NCBI RefSeq assembly: GCF_006345805.1
Contig: NC_042999.1
Coordinates: 86,552,001-86,616,000 of the forward strand
Direction: 5' to 3'
Length of the DNA stretch: 64,000 nucleotides
Source of the DNA: Octopus sinensis
Lineage: Eukaryota
Position 1 is the first letter of the stretch. Each line of letters begins with the position of its first letter. Shown here one piece after another: positions 53,349 to 64,000 of the stretch. The notes under the pieces were generated by a model. It was not told the DNA's origin. It made no database searches and saw only the letters and a list, made by a program, of their open reading frames with translations. A program made the position numbers and the translations under genes.

Positions 53349-54130
53349 AGTATATAGAGTACATTATTATTTTTTTAAGGCAGTATGAAGTGACCTGAGA
53401 GGATTTTACTGTTATTTCTAGCAGGCCAGGCAACAGTGAAAGTTTTCTTATTGCCTTGATAACAATTTTCTCTTACTGGCAATTCTTATGTGATCGATAC
53501 AAATTCTACATCCTTTGATAGGCTTCTATATGTGAGTCTTACGAAACAGGTATGTTAATTTAGTTTGTTAGAACAATACTTGTTAATAAGTGCATTGTGT
53601 TTGGACACTACTGTAAGTGTCATGTTTATAATTCGTTAGAAGTATTATAAGACCTATTCAGAACTATTGTCAAACACTCCTTCAGTATTATTGAGAATTG
53701 TTAATCTGCCATCGAGCTTTACTCTCGACCCAAATATTCCTTTGTGTTCTCTTTCTCTGTCTCTCTCTCCCTCCCCCTCTCTATCTGTTTTATGATAACT
53801 TAGGCACTCATAAACTGTTTTCCTTGATACACAATTCCTTCTTTTCAGGTAACAAGCACGTAACACAGACTGTCAGCTACACTGACATCCTGGTTATTCA
53901 TTCGATATTAGAACGGCCTTAATAGAAATGGGTTAGACAAGCGACACTTCCTTAGTTTATAATGAAAAATATTATTTCCGCAATGTTTATTATACATTCA
54001 ATTTGTCATACGATCTAAAATTGTAGACTCTGATTTCTATATCTTATTCGTTCATATTTACTGCAATTATGACAAAAGCCTTTAGAAATTATAAGCTTTT
54101 CAAAAACATATTGTAAATCAAATATTTTTC

Positions 54131-54306
54131 TTTTAGTGTCCTTTATCTGAAATCTTTTGTTACACGCCCTGTGACCTCTTCAGTGACTCTCCAACCCACG
54201 TGTCTTTTCTTGTTTTGTTTAGAACAGGAGGAGACACGTAAGATGGAGAGTCGCTGAAGAGGTCACAAGATATGTGACGAAAGATTTCAAACAAAGGACT
54301 CTAAAA
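54131..54306. repeat. 176-bp fold-back carrying hammerhead core motifs
   Basis: TGTGACCTCTTCAGTGACTCTCCA / TGGAGAGTCGCTGAAGAGGTCACA (23 of 24 complementary), extending to TTTTAGTGTCC / GGACTCTAAAA. Confidence 0.92.
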
Positions 54307-55259
54307 TAAGCATAATAATAAAGCTGAAGCAAATAATTTTCATTTCCCCAAATGAAATTGGTAAAAAGAACGTTAATGTGATTTTCTTTTCAAAACTATG
54401 GTTTGACAGTTCAAGCTCTAAATATTCCAGGATTTTCATTTCTATTTTATGATATGAAAATTTTTTAATTATATTGATAAGCTAAATACGAAATTAACCA
54501 ATATGGCAGAATTGCATTGTTCTAATAACCCCGTCTGAAACATTAAAACATACAGATACTGTTTATTTGACTAAAGCACTGATGCCGCTGCTCTTTTACC
54601 GAGTACAAATAACGCAACGCTAGAAAGAACCAGAAAAGTGAATACTATATCTTTTCTTTTCCCAGATGTACAAATTAACGAAAACATCAAATATAAACAT
54701 GTTAAACTATCCAACCTCAAAATACCAAGAGCTATCTTTGCTATTAAAAGATAGAGGGTGCATTAATAACATTCTATTTTTTCCTTGCGTATCTGTTTCA
54801 TAAATACAGAACTTATGATTGCGAGGATGCAAGGAAACCTGTATTTTACAATACTGAAAAACTCCAAGAAGTTGCAATAAGAAGCATTATGAAAGTTGCG
54901 GGGAAGCAGCAATGCGAAATGATGTAATCTGGCAAAATGGTGTAATCTGGCAAATGCTACATGCATTTAGGATTTCATTATGAATAATCAATCTCTTTCA
55001 ACGAATATTAAACCAAAGTTTGTCTTTATTTATGAAATGTTCAAAATGCCTGCTTCACAAAAGCTCTTTCAAAACAGGCTTTCCCTAATGAAGTATTGCA
55101 AAACTTATTTCCTGTTCCAGTCCCCCTGCGTGGCACATTAGACAAGTATATTTCTACTACTGACTCAAGTCTGCGTAAATCAAGTGAGTGAAATTTATTA
55201 ACTTCTCTTTGTCCATTGTATTACCTGTAGATATTGTACACACACACACACACACATAT

Positions 55260-55535
55260 AAAAGTTCAGGAGCGGAGTCGATAAAATCCGAGCTACGTGT
55301 TTCATTTCGATTGGAACCTCGGAAGTAGTAAATATCCATGCGAGGTATATACAGCAGGCTACCCTTCACGCCATGGGTATCTTGATTATATGAAATTTAC
55401 TTTGCCGTTAGAAGACCCATGTTAATACTTTGACCTGCGGTATACACCTCGCTTGGATATTTACTACTTCCGAGGTTCCATTCGCTATGAAACATATGTA
55501 GCCCGGATTTTATCTACTCCATTCCTTATCGTTTA
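55260..55535. mobile_element. Palindromic MITE-like fold-back (about 100-bp arms)
   Basis: GGAACCTCGGAAGTAGTAAATATCCATGCGAGGTATATACAGCAGG (55313-55358) pairs with 55434-55479 with 3 mismatches; arms extend outward to GGAG.GGAGT.GATAAAATCC; inner CATGGGT/ACCCATG. Confidence 0.88.
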
Positions 55536-56899
55536 GATTTTTATTCGCATATTCGACAACCATGGTTGCCAAAGTGAACTTCAATACGGAAAAAATCACA
55601 GCTTTCCGTACCAATAAACCACTATTGTTCAAGAAAGCTGGTTTTTTAATATTTTCTACAGATTGCTTGAAGCCCACTTTCTTCCTACACCTCGATCCTT
55701 GTGTATATATATATACACCTTCGTATTGTTCGATTTTGTTATGCAAATGTCATCTAACCAGATTTTTACTGTGTTTGTGAGTGTTTTACATTCATATATA
55801 CTGTAGCGTTAAATATTTTGTTTATATTTACCATTTAGTCCCATTAAATGTAAGTCGATAAATATCTACCACATCTTTAAATTTATATCTACCTCAGTAA
55901 TGTAGTTCCTTGTATGTCCAAAATGTCATTAAACGTGGGTTTGAATTCAATCTCACAGTACAGCGCCTTAGTCTGATTGGGAACTTCCACCGGGTTGACC
56001 AAGCTTGGTCAACTTCTCGAGTTAACCAAGCCTTTGTGGGGGAAAATAGGTAGGCTGAAACTATAGTAGCGTATGAAGGAAGTGCTTTTGTTGTTGAGCG
56101 GTAGATTTAATCGTTATCGAGTTTAGCTGCAGCATCGCGCTCGTTGGTAGCTTTAAGCCCCGCTCTGTTGCACGCATTGAAAGTAGAGCTCCAACTAGAG
56201 GATAACTTTCTTCATTGCTCTCATCAGTCTCGGAGCACCCTGAAAGGGTCATAGATTAATGCAAGACAAGATGTACACCATGTATCGAGCATCCGATTTC
56301 CAAGTTTGACTCACAACATATGGAGTGATCCGAGACTGTGGTAAAAACATTTCGGTAAGATACCATTTAGTGGAATGTAACCTCATTGCGTGATTATTAA
56401 GCGAACTTCTTAACCATGTACACTTTCTCTAATATACCACTTTGATTCAGAACCAGTACTGAAAAATGTATTTTTATATACATAGTGTTAACACATTCAC
56501 TACGGTGAGCAAACTAAAATTATTTATGTGGTGAAGAAAAGCCAACACTAGAGCAATTACTAATATTACTTTCATGTTTTCAGAAAATATGGGAGAAACT
56601 CCAGGCGTGTTTTGGTCTTACATGACCTCATTGACAAAGCTTAAACTTCATTCTACTGTCCAAAATATATCATGCTGTACACGACTCAGCTTGAAAATTG
56701 GCTTATACACACAAAAAGATAACCTGTGTAAAATACTCAGGCAACATCTGCTTGAAAAAAACAGTTACATAAATTAAAATCGTTAATATTTCTCTCTACC
56801 TCTCTTTCTCTCTCTCTGTTTTACTCTCTCTTTCTCTCTATCTTACTCTCTCTCTCTCTCTCTGTCTCCCTCTCTCGGTATATATGTATGTATATGGTG

Positions 56900-57077
56900 A
56901 TTCAACGATTCCCCCTCACAGCTGCACGCACATTTGCGATGTTTTTTCTGTTCTGCTGGTTGCGGGTCTCCCAGAACGTTCGTCAATATCGAAATTTTTT
57001 CGGCCATGTTGGAAACGTCAGAAGCACTCGTAACCCCAAGATTCCGAGTTCGATTCCAGGCTGTGACCTGAATAATA

Positions 57078-57156
<79 letters not shown>

Positions 57157-57325
57157 TAATAATAATAAAAATAACGTCGAAAAATACATCAGGAATGAGA
57201 ACCCAGGTTCGAAATTTCCCCAAGACACCTGATGAAGGCTTGGAGGGTATATCAGCCGAAACGTTGTGTTAACAACAAAGATGAAGGCAAATATCCGTCA
57301 AATGTAAATAATGTAAATAACGTAA
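56900..57325 (+). mobile_element. PLE pseudo-LTR fragment (B box, (AAT)n, HHR) joined inverted to a minus-strand coding start (MAEKISILTNVLGDP)
   Basis: 57029-57325 homologous to 35860-36055 (reverse complement). Confidence 0.8.
57224..57270 (+). ncRNA. Minimal type I hammerhead ribozyme motif, intact core
   Basis: GACAC CTGATGA A GGCT-TGGAGGGTATATC-AGCC GAA ACGT T GTGTT. Confidence 0.7.
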
Positions 57326-58329
57326 ATTTAAAATGTCTGTGCAAACTATGCTGCTCTTGCTGATTACTTAGTCGATCGATTAATTAATTAATAAATTAAC
57401 AGGAAATCAAACTTAGAAAGTTCGCTGTAATTTTCATTACAATGAATTGAATAACTTCGATAGAACACATCAGACTGATAGTTTATTTCGCTTCTTGCTT
57501 TAATTTTAATTCACCTAGATCATCAACAGTAATGTTTAAACTAACCTTAGAGAACACTTTAAACTGTCTCTCTGCTTCAGTTGAACTAGTATATACACCA
57601 CGCTGTTTGCTAATATGTCATTTCTGTTGGTTCCTCCCCTTTTCTCTCTAAAATCCTTGGTTTCTTTGATCTATTAATTGTTTCACCTAATTAAAGATTA
57701 TGCTGTCAGACTTCCCTGAGTCGTTCATGTGATTTAGGTTTATTAGAAAATAGCTCGATTCACGGTTAATTATATATTTAGTTACAGCTCCTTTCAAAGT
57801 AAGCCTGATTTAAAACATTTTGGGTAATAAGCAATAATCGTGTATATTAAGCCAACAGCCCAGAAGAGCGAGCGGGAAAGTGAGGGGCATTGTAAGAATA
57901 AGGCTGAAAGACGCTGCTGAAATTCGGTTGACATAAAGTATTTTACTGCTTTCAGTTTAAGATTTCAAAACTAACCTGCAAAGCTATTTAAATATACAAA
58001 ACAAAATAAATGCTTCATGAATACTCTCCTACGCTTTATCTCGTTTTAAATTTATTTATATGAACCCGTACACAGCACACACACGCACGCATAGTGTCAT
58101 TATTCATCCTCACCAACATCATCACCGTCATCATTTTTAAATCGTTCTTTTTCGATTCTGACAAAGATTGGACGACACCTCTGGTGGCAGTACCATACTA
58201 CGGGATGCACTTCCCGACATTAACATTTATTAGTTTTCGAATAAGGTACTTTTCCCCCTGAGCTGCAAGAAATTATTTAAGCACTTTCAGGGCAATAATG
58301 AGTTATTACCCTTTGACTATCATTGTCTC

Positions 58330-58468
<139 letters not shown>

Positions 58469-59792
58469 AATCGAAATAAGATAAATGTATAAAGTTGGGT
58501 TAGGGAAGATTAATACATTTATGTGCGGAAGGAAATATATAGGCAGCAGGGAAATAGTAATGAATATATGGTAAAACAAATATATTAGATGGAAGAGAGA
58601 AAGTGTGAGAGAGGTAGGGGAGATAGAACAAGGTGAAAGAACCTAAAATGAAGCTATTACAGATATCTGCGTGGTTTTGTTTTGGTTTGGTGAAGGCGGT
58701 TTTTCTCTGTTTTCCATCTTTCTTTATTTCCTCTTCCATCCTCACTCCAACTCAACTCCTCATTTTATTCCTTTCCCTTAATATCAGCCTTATACATTTA
58801 TCCCCCTTTGATTTTTCCACAAAAGAGCATGTCTGCATTCACCGAATAGTTCTGATCTGATGTTTAAATATAGCTCCTTGATATAGAGGATCGTGAAGAG
58901 TCTTCTTTTCACTGCCGTACGCAGACCAAATGTTTATAGGTTGGATTTCTACAAATGTATGTGCCTTCGGTTTTGTTGGTGATACACGCGATATTATTTT
59001 TCTATTTTTTTGTGGGGCAATACTAATTCAGTTTCACGTTCCGTTTCCTAAATAAAACGTCTCTGTACTATGGCTGGCAGGAGTAGAAAGTGCATTGTTG
59101 GCAGATTGTTGTGTATTTTTATTCTTTTTATTCTTTTATTTGTTTCAGGCTTTTGACTGTGCCATGCTGGAGCACAGCCTTGAAGGGTTTTAGTCGAACA
59201 AATCGACCTATGGACTTATTTCTTAAACTTAGTACTTATTCTATCAGTTTCTTTTGCCGAATCGCTAAGGTACGGGGACGAAACACACCATCACTGGTTG
59301 TCAAGTGGTGATGGGCGGGAGTAGATACACACACAAAGTCACACTCATACATACATACATACATACATACATACATACGTACATACATAGCATCCCAAGT
59401 TCCTCTCTCCCCCTCTTTCGTCTTCTGACACGTAATTGTAGACTTCCTTCCTTCCTTCTCTGTTCTCTCTACTGCGTTCTTCCCTCTCTCATCCTCCTTC
59501 CCTTCTATCTACTGCCCACATGTGACCCGTAACTAATTTTCTCGTCTCTCTGCCTTTTCGCCATCGGACGCTTAGTTTGCCGGTCAACATTTATCTCCGG
59601 TCTTGCTATTTCTCTTTCTATATCCATTTAGGATTTCTTCTAGACGTTATCCATCAGTCACGTGTTTGGCCGAAAGGCCGTATTTATTCCTTCCTCTATC
59701 GTTTTAAATTACATTTGTTTACCTTCGTACGTCCACCGTGTATTGTTTTGTTTGCTCGAGCCCTAATTCTCCGCAAACTTTTGCGGGTGCCG

Positions 59793-59838
<46 letters not shown>

Positions 59839-59937
59839 TTAAATACTTCAAAACGTACACGTAGAACAAACATCCTAATTCTTCATCAATTATCGACCAA
59901 AATACTAATACTGAGTTCCTTGCCTTTAACGATAAGA

Positions 59938-59974
<37 letters not shown>

Positions 59975-60318
59975 GAGGGGCTTCTTTCTGTTTCCGTCTT
60001 CCAAGTTCACTCACAAGGCTTTGGTCGGCCCGAAGTTATAGTAGAAGACACTTGCTACTCAGTGGGACTGGGTCCGGAACAATATGGTTGGGAAGTAAGC
60101 TTCCTACTACATAGCCACGTAACTGAATTTTACATACAGGTATGTATGCAATCATGCATTCATGGATGATTTGTTGGATGCGCCTTCTTATTCTCTCTCT
60201 CTCTCTCTCACACACACACATACTCACACACACTCACTCGTACGCGCGCGCACACACAAATTTGTACAACTCATTGCATGTGTATTTATGTATGTGTTGA
60301 CGTATGGATATGTTTATA

Positions 60319-60441
60319 AGACTTTCTGAATGGCACACCTAACGAATTATTTCCTCGAATTCTTTTAGCAGTGCGGTCCGCCTGATGATGAGTCATGTCT
60401 CATACGTCCGCTTCGCGGAAAAAAAGGTTGTTCATGCCTTA
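60319..60441. mobile_element. Truncated copy of the 39217-39363 hAT MITE
   Basis: Shares ACTTTCTGAAT...GCCTGATGATGAG...AAAAAGGTTG.TCATGCCT. Confidence 0.7.
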
Positions 60442-60826
60442 GATTCAAAATATCATAAACAATTGAGGAAGAGAAGCATTATGTTTAGGTTAGCTCCCTT
60501 TGCTAGAGAGAGAGAGAGGGGGGAGAGTGAGAGGGAGGGGGAGAGAGGTGGTGAGAGGCCGGAGAGGGAGAGATAGAATGACAAATGGACAGACAGGGAG
60601 GAAAACGTCAATTTGTTTTCAAGAATATATAAATTGAGATTAGTCAGAGATGAGGAGATGGGGTTAAATAAACAAGGTTGAGGGACAAGCAACAGGTGTT
60701 ATTGAAGAGGGTCAAGGGTACGAACAAGAAGAAAATGTAAGATTAAAAGGGATGCCAGCAGATTTGCGAAAGACTTTGAAGGGAAGAGCATGACGGAAGC
60801 ACACGGAAACATACACAAGCACACGG

Positions 60827-60871
<45 letters not shown>

Positions 60872-61049
60872 TATTCAAAAGATCAGAAACTGAATTTCTC
60901 TGAAAATGTTTGTTGTACAAACAAGTGTTAATACTCAATGTGTATGTAAAAAATTCATTCAGGAAATTTATGTATATAAAGATTAAATAAAATACACTGG
61001 TCAACTAGACACATTGCAATACTTATCAATATCTATAGAAATATTGATT

Positions 61050-61250
61050 TCAAATTATGGCTCAAGACAAGGAATTTCAAGAAAGGGATTAAATCAATTA
61101 CATTGAACCAGTGTCCAACTGGTACGTATTTCATCGACCTCCGAAAGCTGAAGGCAAAGTCGACCTCGGCGGAATTTGAACATAAAGACGTACGAAATGC
61201 CGATAAGCATTTTGCCCGGCGTGCTAACGATTCTGCCAACTTACCACCCC
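61050..61250 (-). mobile_element. Family-A SINE
   Basis: AAAGTCGACCTCGGCGGAATTTGAAC...GCTAACGATTCTGCCA. Confidence 0.85.
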
Positions 61251-61422
61251 TAATATCTTTAGGAATATTAACATTATTGATGTCTCGGCAATCTACATGC
61301 TGATCTTGTATCGAGAAAAACATGATTTAAATCTCTGAGCGAGAGAAATGCAGTAACAGTACCGGATAGTAATGCTGATATGCCAACATAACATACATAC
61401 TGCATACACATACATGCATTCG

Positions 61423-61504
<82 letters not shown>

Positions 61505-62776
61505 TACATGCATGTGTGTGTGTGTGTGCCTAGATTTGGAGAGATCAGGTATTAATCTACGTGCCCGTTCCCTTTCTAGCTTCTCCTTATAGTGCTGAAT
61601 GTGTTTCTCCGCCAGCAGTGAGAAGTCTGCTCCTATTCAATTTGGTCGTCAGCCGGTCCTCCAGTCATGCGATGATCATCATGATGGATATAAAGAATCC
61701 TCAGAGAAGAAGTGAATTAGATATGAACTCTTTATGTCTGCCACATCTCAACTGAAGTCTATATAACATGGGTTCGTTGCCACCGGTGTCCGTTCGTCGT
61801 CAGTGACGTGGAATTTAGTCCTAGGGACAACTTCGAACGTGTTGTTGGAGATGAAGGAATAAGCGTAACGTACAATGTCGTACAATTCAAAGGTAACAGG
61901 TTGAGTATTACAGAAGGAAAATGAGCTTCTAAGAGATCTTGCAATTTGTTTTCTTTTTCAAAGAGAGGAGGGGAGAATTTGGCTGTTCCTTGAGGAACTA
62001 AAGAACAAGTATTAGGTCGTAGAAAATGGTATTCAGTCTTCGGTTGTGTGCATTTGAGATAAAAGTACATAGATTTTTTTCAATGCTCTGGGCACATTGG
62101 AGTTACGACCCTGGTTACCCGCATGCGGTTGGAATACCGATACTGGTTTACCTTGTGCGAGGTAGAAATGGCGACTTCATATCGAGTAAAAACCCGAGTT
62201 TCTGTACCGTCGTAGGAGTCGAAAAAGTTGGAAGACTGGGACAACAGTTTTAGTATATAAAGAGCGAGACGAGGGAAACATTGAATGTAGTAGTATGAAC
62301 CAATTGGTGTATAATGAGCAGAGATGGAAATGCGAAGGCTATCAATAATGACAGAGATATCGAAGACTATATAGCAGATGGTGAAGTAAAACAGATACAG
62401 TTATCGGATGCAATGGCCGTGGCATTATCAAAATTATAGACCTCAAATATGGTTCACGAAGATATGAAACTTTATCATCGGGAAACTATAAAATACAATA
62501 CAAATCTATGCATTAAGATGTTTTCATTACTGGTGTACACCTGAAGTAATTATCATTGTACACCCGCTATCAAAATATACAGGCTATTTCAAATTTACTT
62601 TTGTTGAATTCATATATACAAGTATGTATGCGTTTTGTTTAGTACATACACACATGCATTTATATATATATACATACCCAAGATGCTATAGAAGTGGACA
62701 CCTAAAATATTTTGCATCGAAATTCAAGTGTTAGGTCGTAGAAAATTTACTCTGTCTTTGGTTGTGTGCATCTGAC

Positions 62777-62819
<43 letters not shown>

Positions 62820-62829
62820 ATCTATACGT

Positions 62830-64000
62830 ATTGACTCTCGAGCCATTATTGCGGAAGCTGGCAACCTTGAGAGGCATCCCGCGAGAACTGGGATGCGGGA
62901 CGAGCGTGTCTGCATACGCGGACGACGTCACCGTCATAGTGTCTAGCCAGACACTGAAAAACTACGAAGCGGTGACAGGAGCGAAAATCAACCGGGAAAA
63001 GTCAGTGGGCTTGCGACTAGGCACCTGGAGAAGCAAGCCCATGCCGTCCACCAGCGCCTCCGTCGTGGGACGCTGGACCGACGGCCCGGTTGAGTTGCTC
63101 GGGGTCTGGTTTGGTCCGGACCTCCAAGTGGAGAAGAACTGGAACGAGATAACGAGTAGGGTGGTCACTCTCGCCCGGCAATGGCCGAGAGGAAACTGTC
63201 CCTAAAAGGTCGGGCGGAGGTGGCGAACACGTACATCGCGTCCGGCATCTACTACCGCCTGACCGTCGTACCTTGTCCCGACCCTACCATCACCAAACTA
63301 CAACGCATTCTCTTTCGCTTCTTGTGGAAAGGATGCGTCCCGATGGTCAGGCGATCCATTTGCTGTCACAACACCCGTTAAAAGGAGGGCTGGGCATGCC
63401 GTGGTTGATGATGCGCAGACGCGCTGAGACTGAGACTGCGACATCTCTGGCTCTATGTAGACGACGGTGAACAGGTGTGGTCGCCGTTTGTGAGGCACGC
63501 TTTCCCGCAGCTCGTCTCCATGGACCGAACTGCAGTCGTGGATCAAAAAGAGGCCGAAGAAGGGCGAATGGCACCGCGAGTGTCGCGCTGCTCTCAAGCA
63601 ACTTTGCCGTCCTGGGTCGACCTTGAGTGACTTCAACACAACCAAAGCATTCTATAGGGGTTTAGTGGAGGGGAGGTACGACGACGAGCTCGGGGCGAAC
63701 CTGGACGTCGACGAGGAGTACCTGACCCGCCTGTTCAGGACGACTTTCGGGCCAGGACCCATGGACAACTTCCAGAGATCCCTGGCCTGGCAGTGCTACC
63801 GAGAAGCGCTACCCATTCGGGATAAGCTCTACAGACACGGCTCGAGAAACACGGGGCCGACCTGCCCGAGATGCGGTCAGAGCGACGAAACCGTTCTGCA
63901 CGCACTCGTGCAGTGTCCAACAATTTCCGACCTGTGGGCTTGTGTCGAACAACTGCTGTCACGTGTGGGACGAGTCGGTTTATCAGCTGAGTCTATCGTT
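62830..64000 (+). mobile_element. 5'-truncated L1/Tx1-clade LINE ORF2 (RT C-half to zf-RVT), runs off the window
   Basis: TLEPLL..SAYADDVTV..GAKINREKS..LLGVWFG..RKLSLKGRAEVAN..FLWKG..GGLGMP..CPRCGQSDETVLHALVQCP; frameshifts at about 63180 and 63370-63430. Confidence 0.92.

Noticed and set aside
56185-56230. Minus-strand CTGATGA GAGC...GCTC
   Set aside because: Followed by TACT rather than GAAA; no stem III.

Overview
AT-rich, microsatellite-saturated eukaryotic intergenic or intronic DNA. The SINE families, the (AT)n/(AC)n/(AAT)n/(CTAT)n load and the transposon repertoire look like an Octopus (coleoid cephalopod) genome; this is inferred from pattern recognition, not from a database search. 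No host protein-coding gene can be called with confidence (one weak exon candidate at 3656-3735), and most ORFs in the supplied track are microsatellite artefacts. The window holds tRNA-derived SINEs (including two TSD-flanked trimers), non-LTR relics (R4/Dong-like, HERO-like, CR1/L2, RTE, L1-Tx1), several Penelope-like element (PLE) relics, DNA transposon relics (hAT, mariner, IS630/Tc1, Chapaev3-like, D..D Tc1/mariner) and MITEs. Four signals stand out. (1) Hammerhead-ribozyme (HHR) motifs recur at five or more loci, including two long fold-back elements with HHR core motifs on both strands. (2) One PLE family has a pseudo-LTR combining a tRNA-like Pol III box module, an (AAT)n tract and a minimal HHR. 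(3) (AAT)n SINE tails act as landing pads for stacked R4/Dong-type and non-coding inserts. (4) A hAT left junction (flank + TSD + TIR) is tandemly triplicated.
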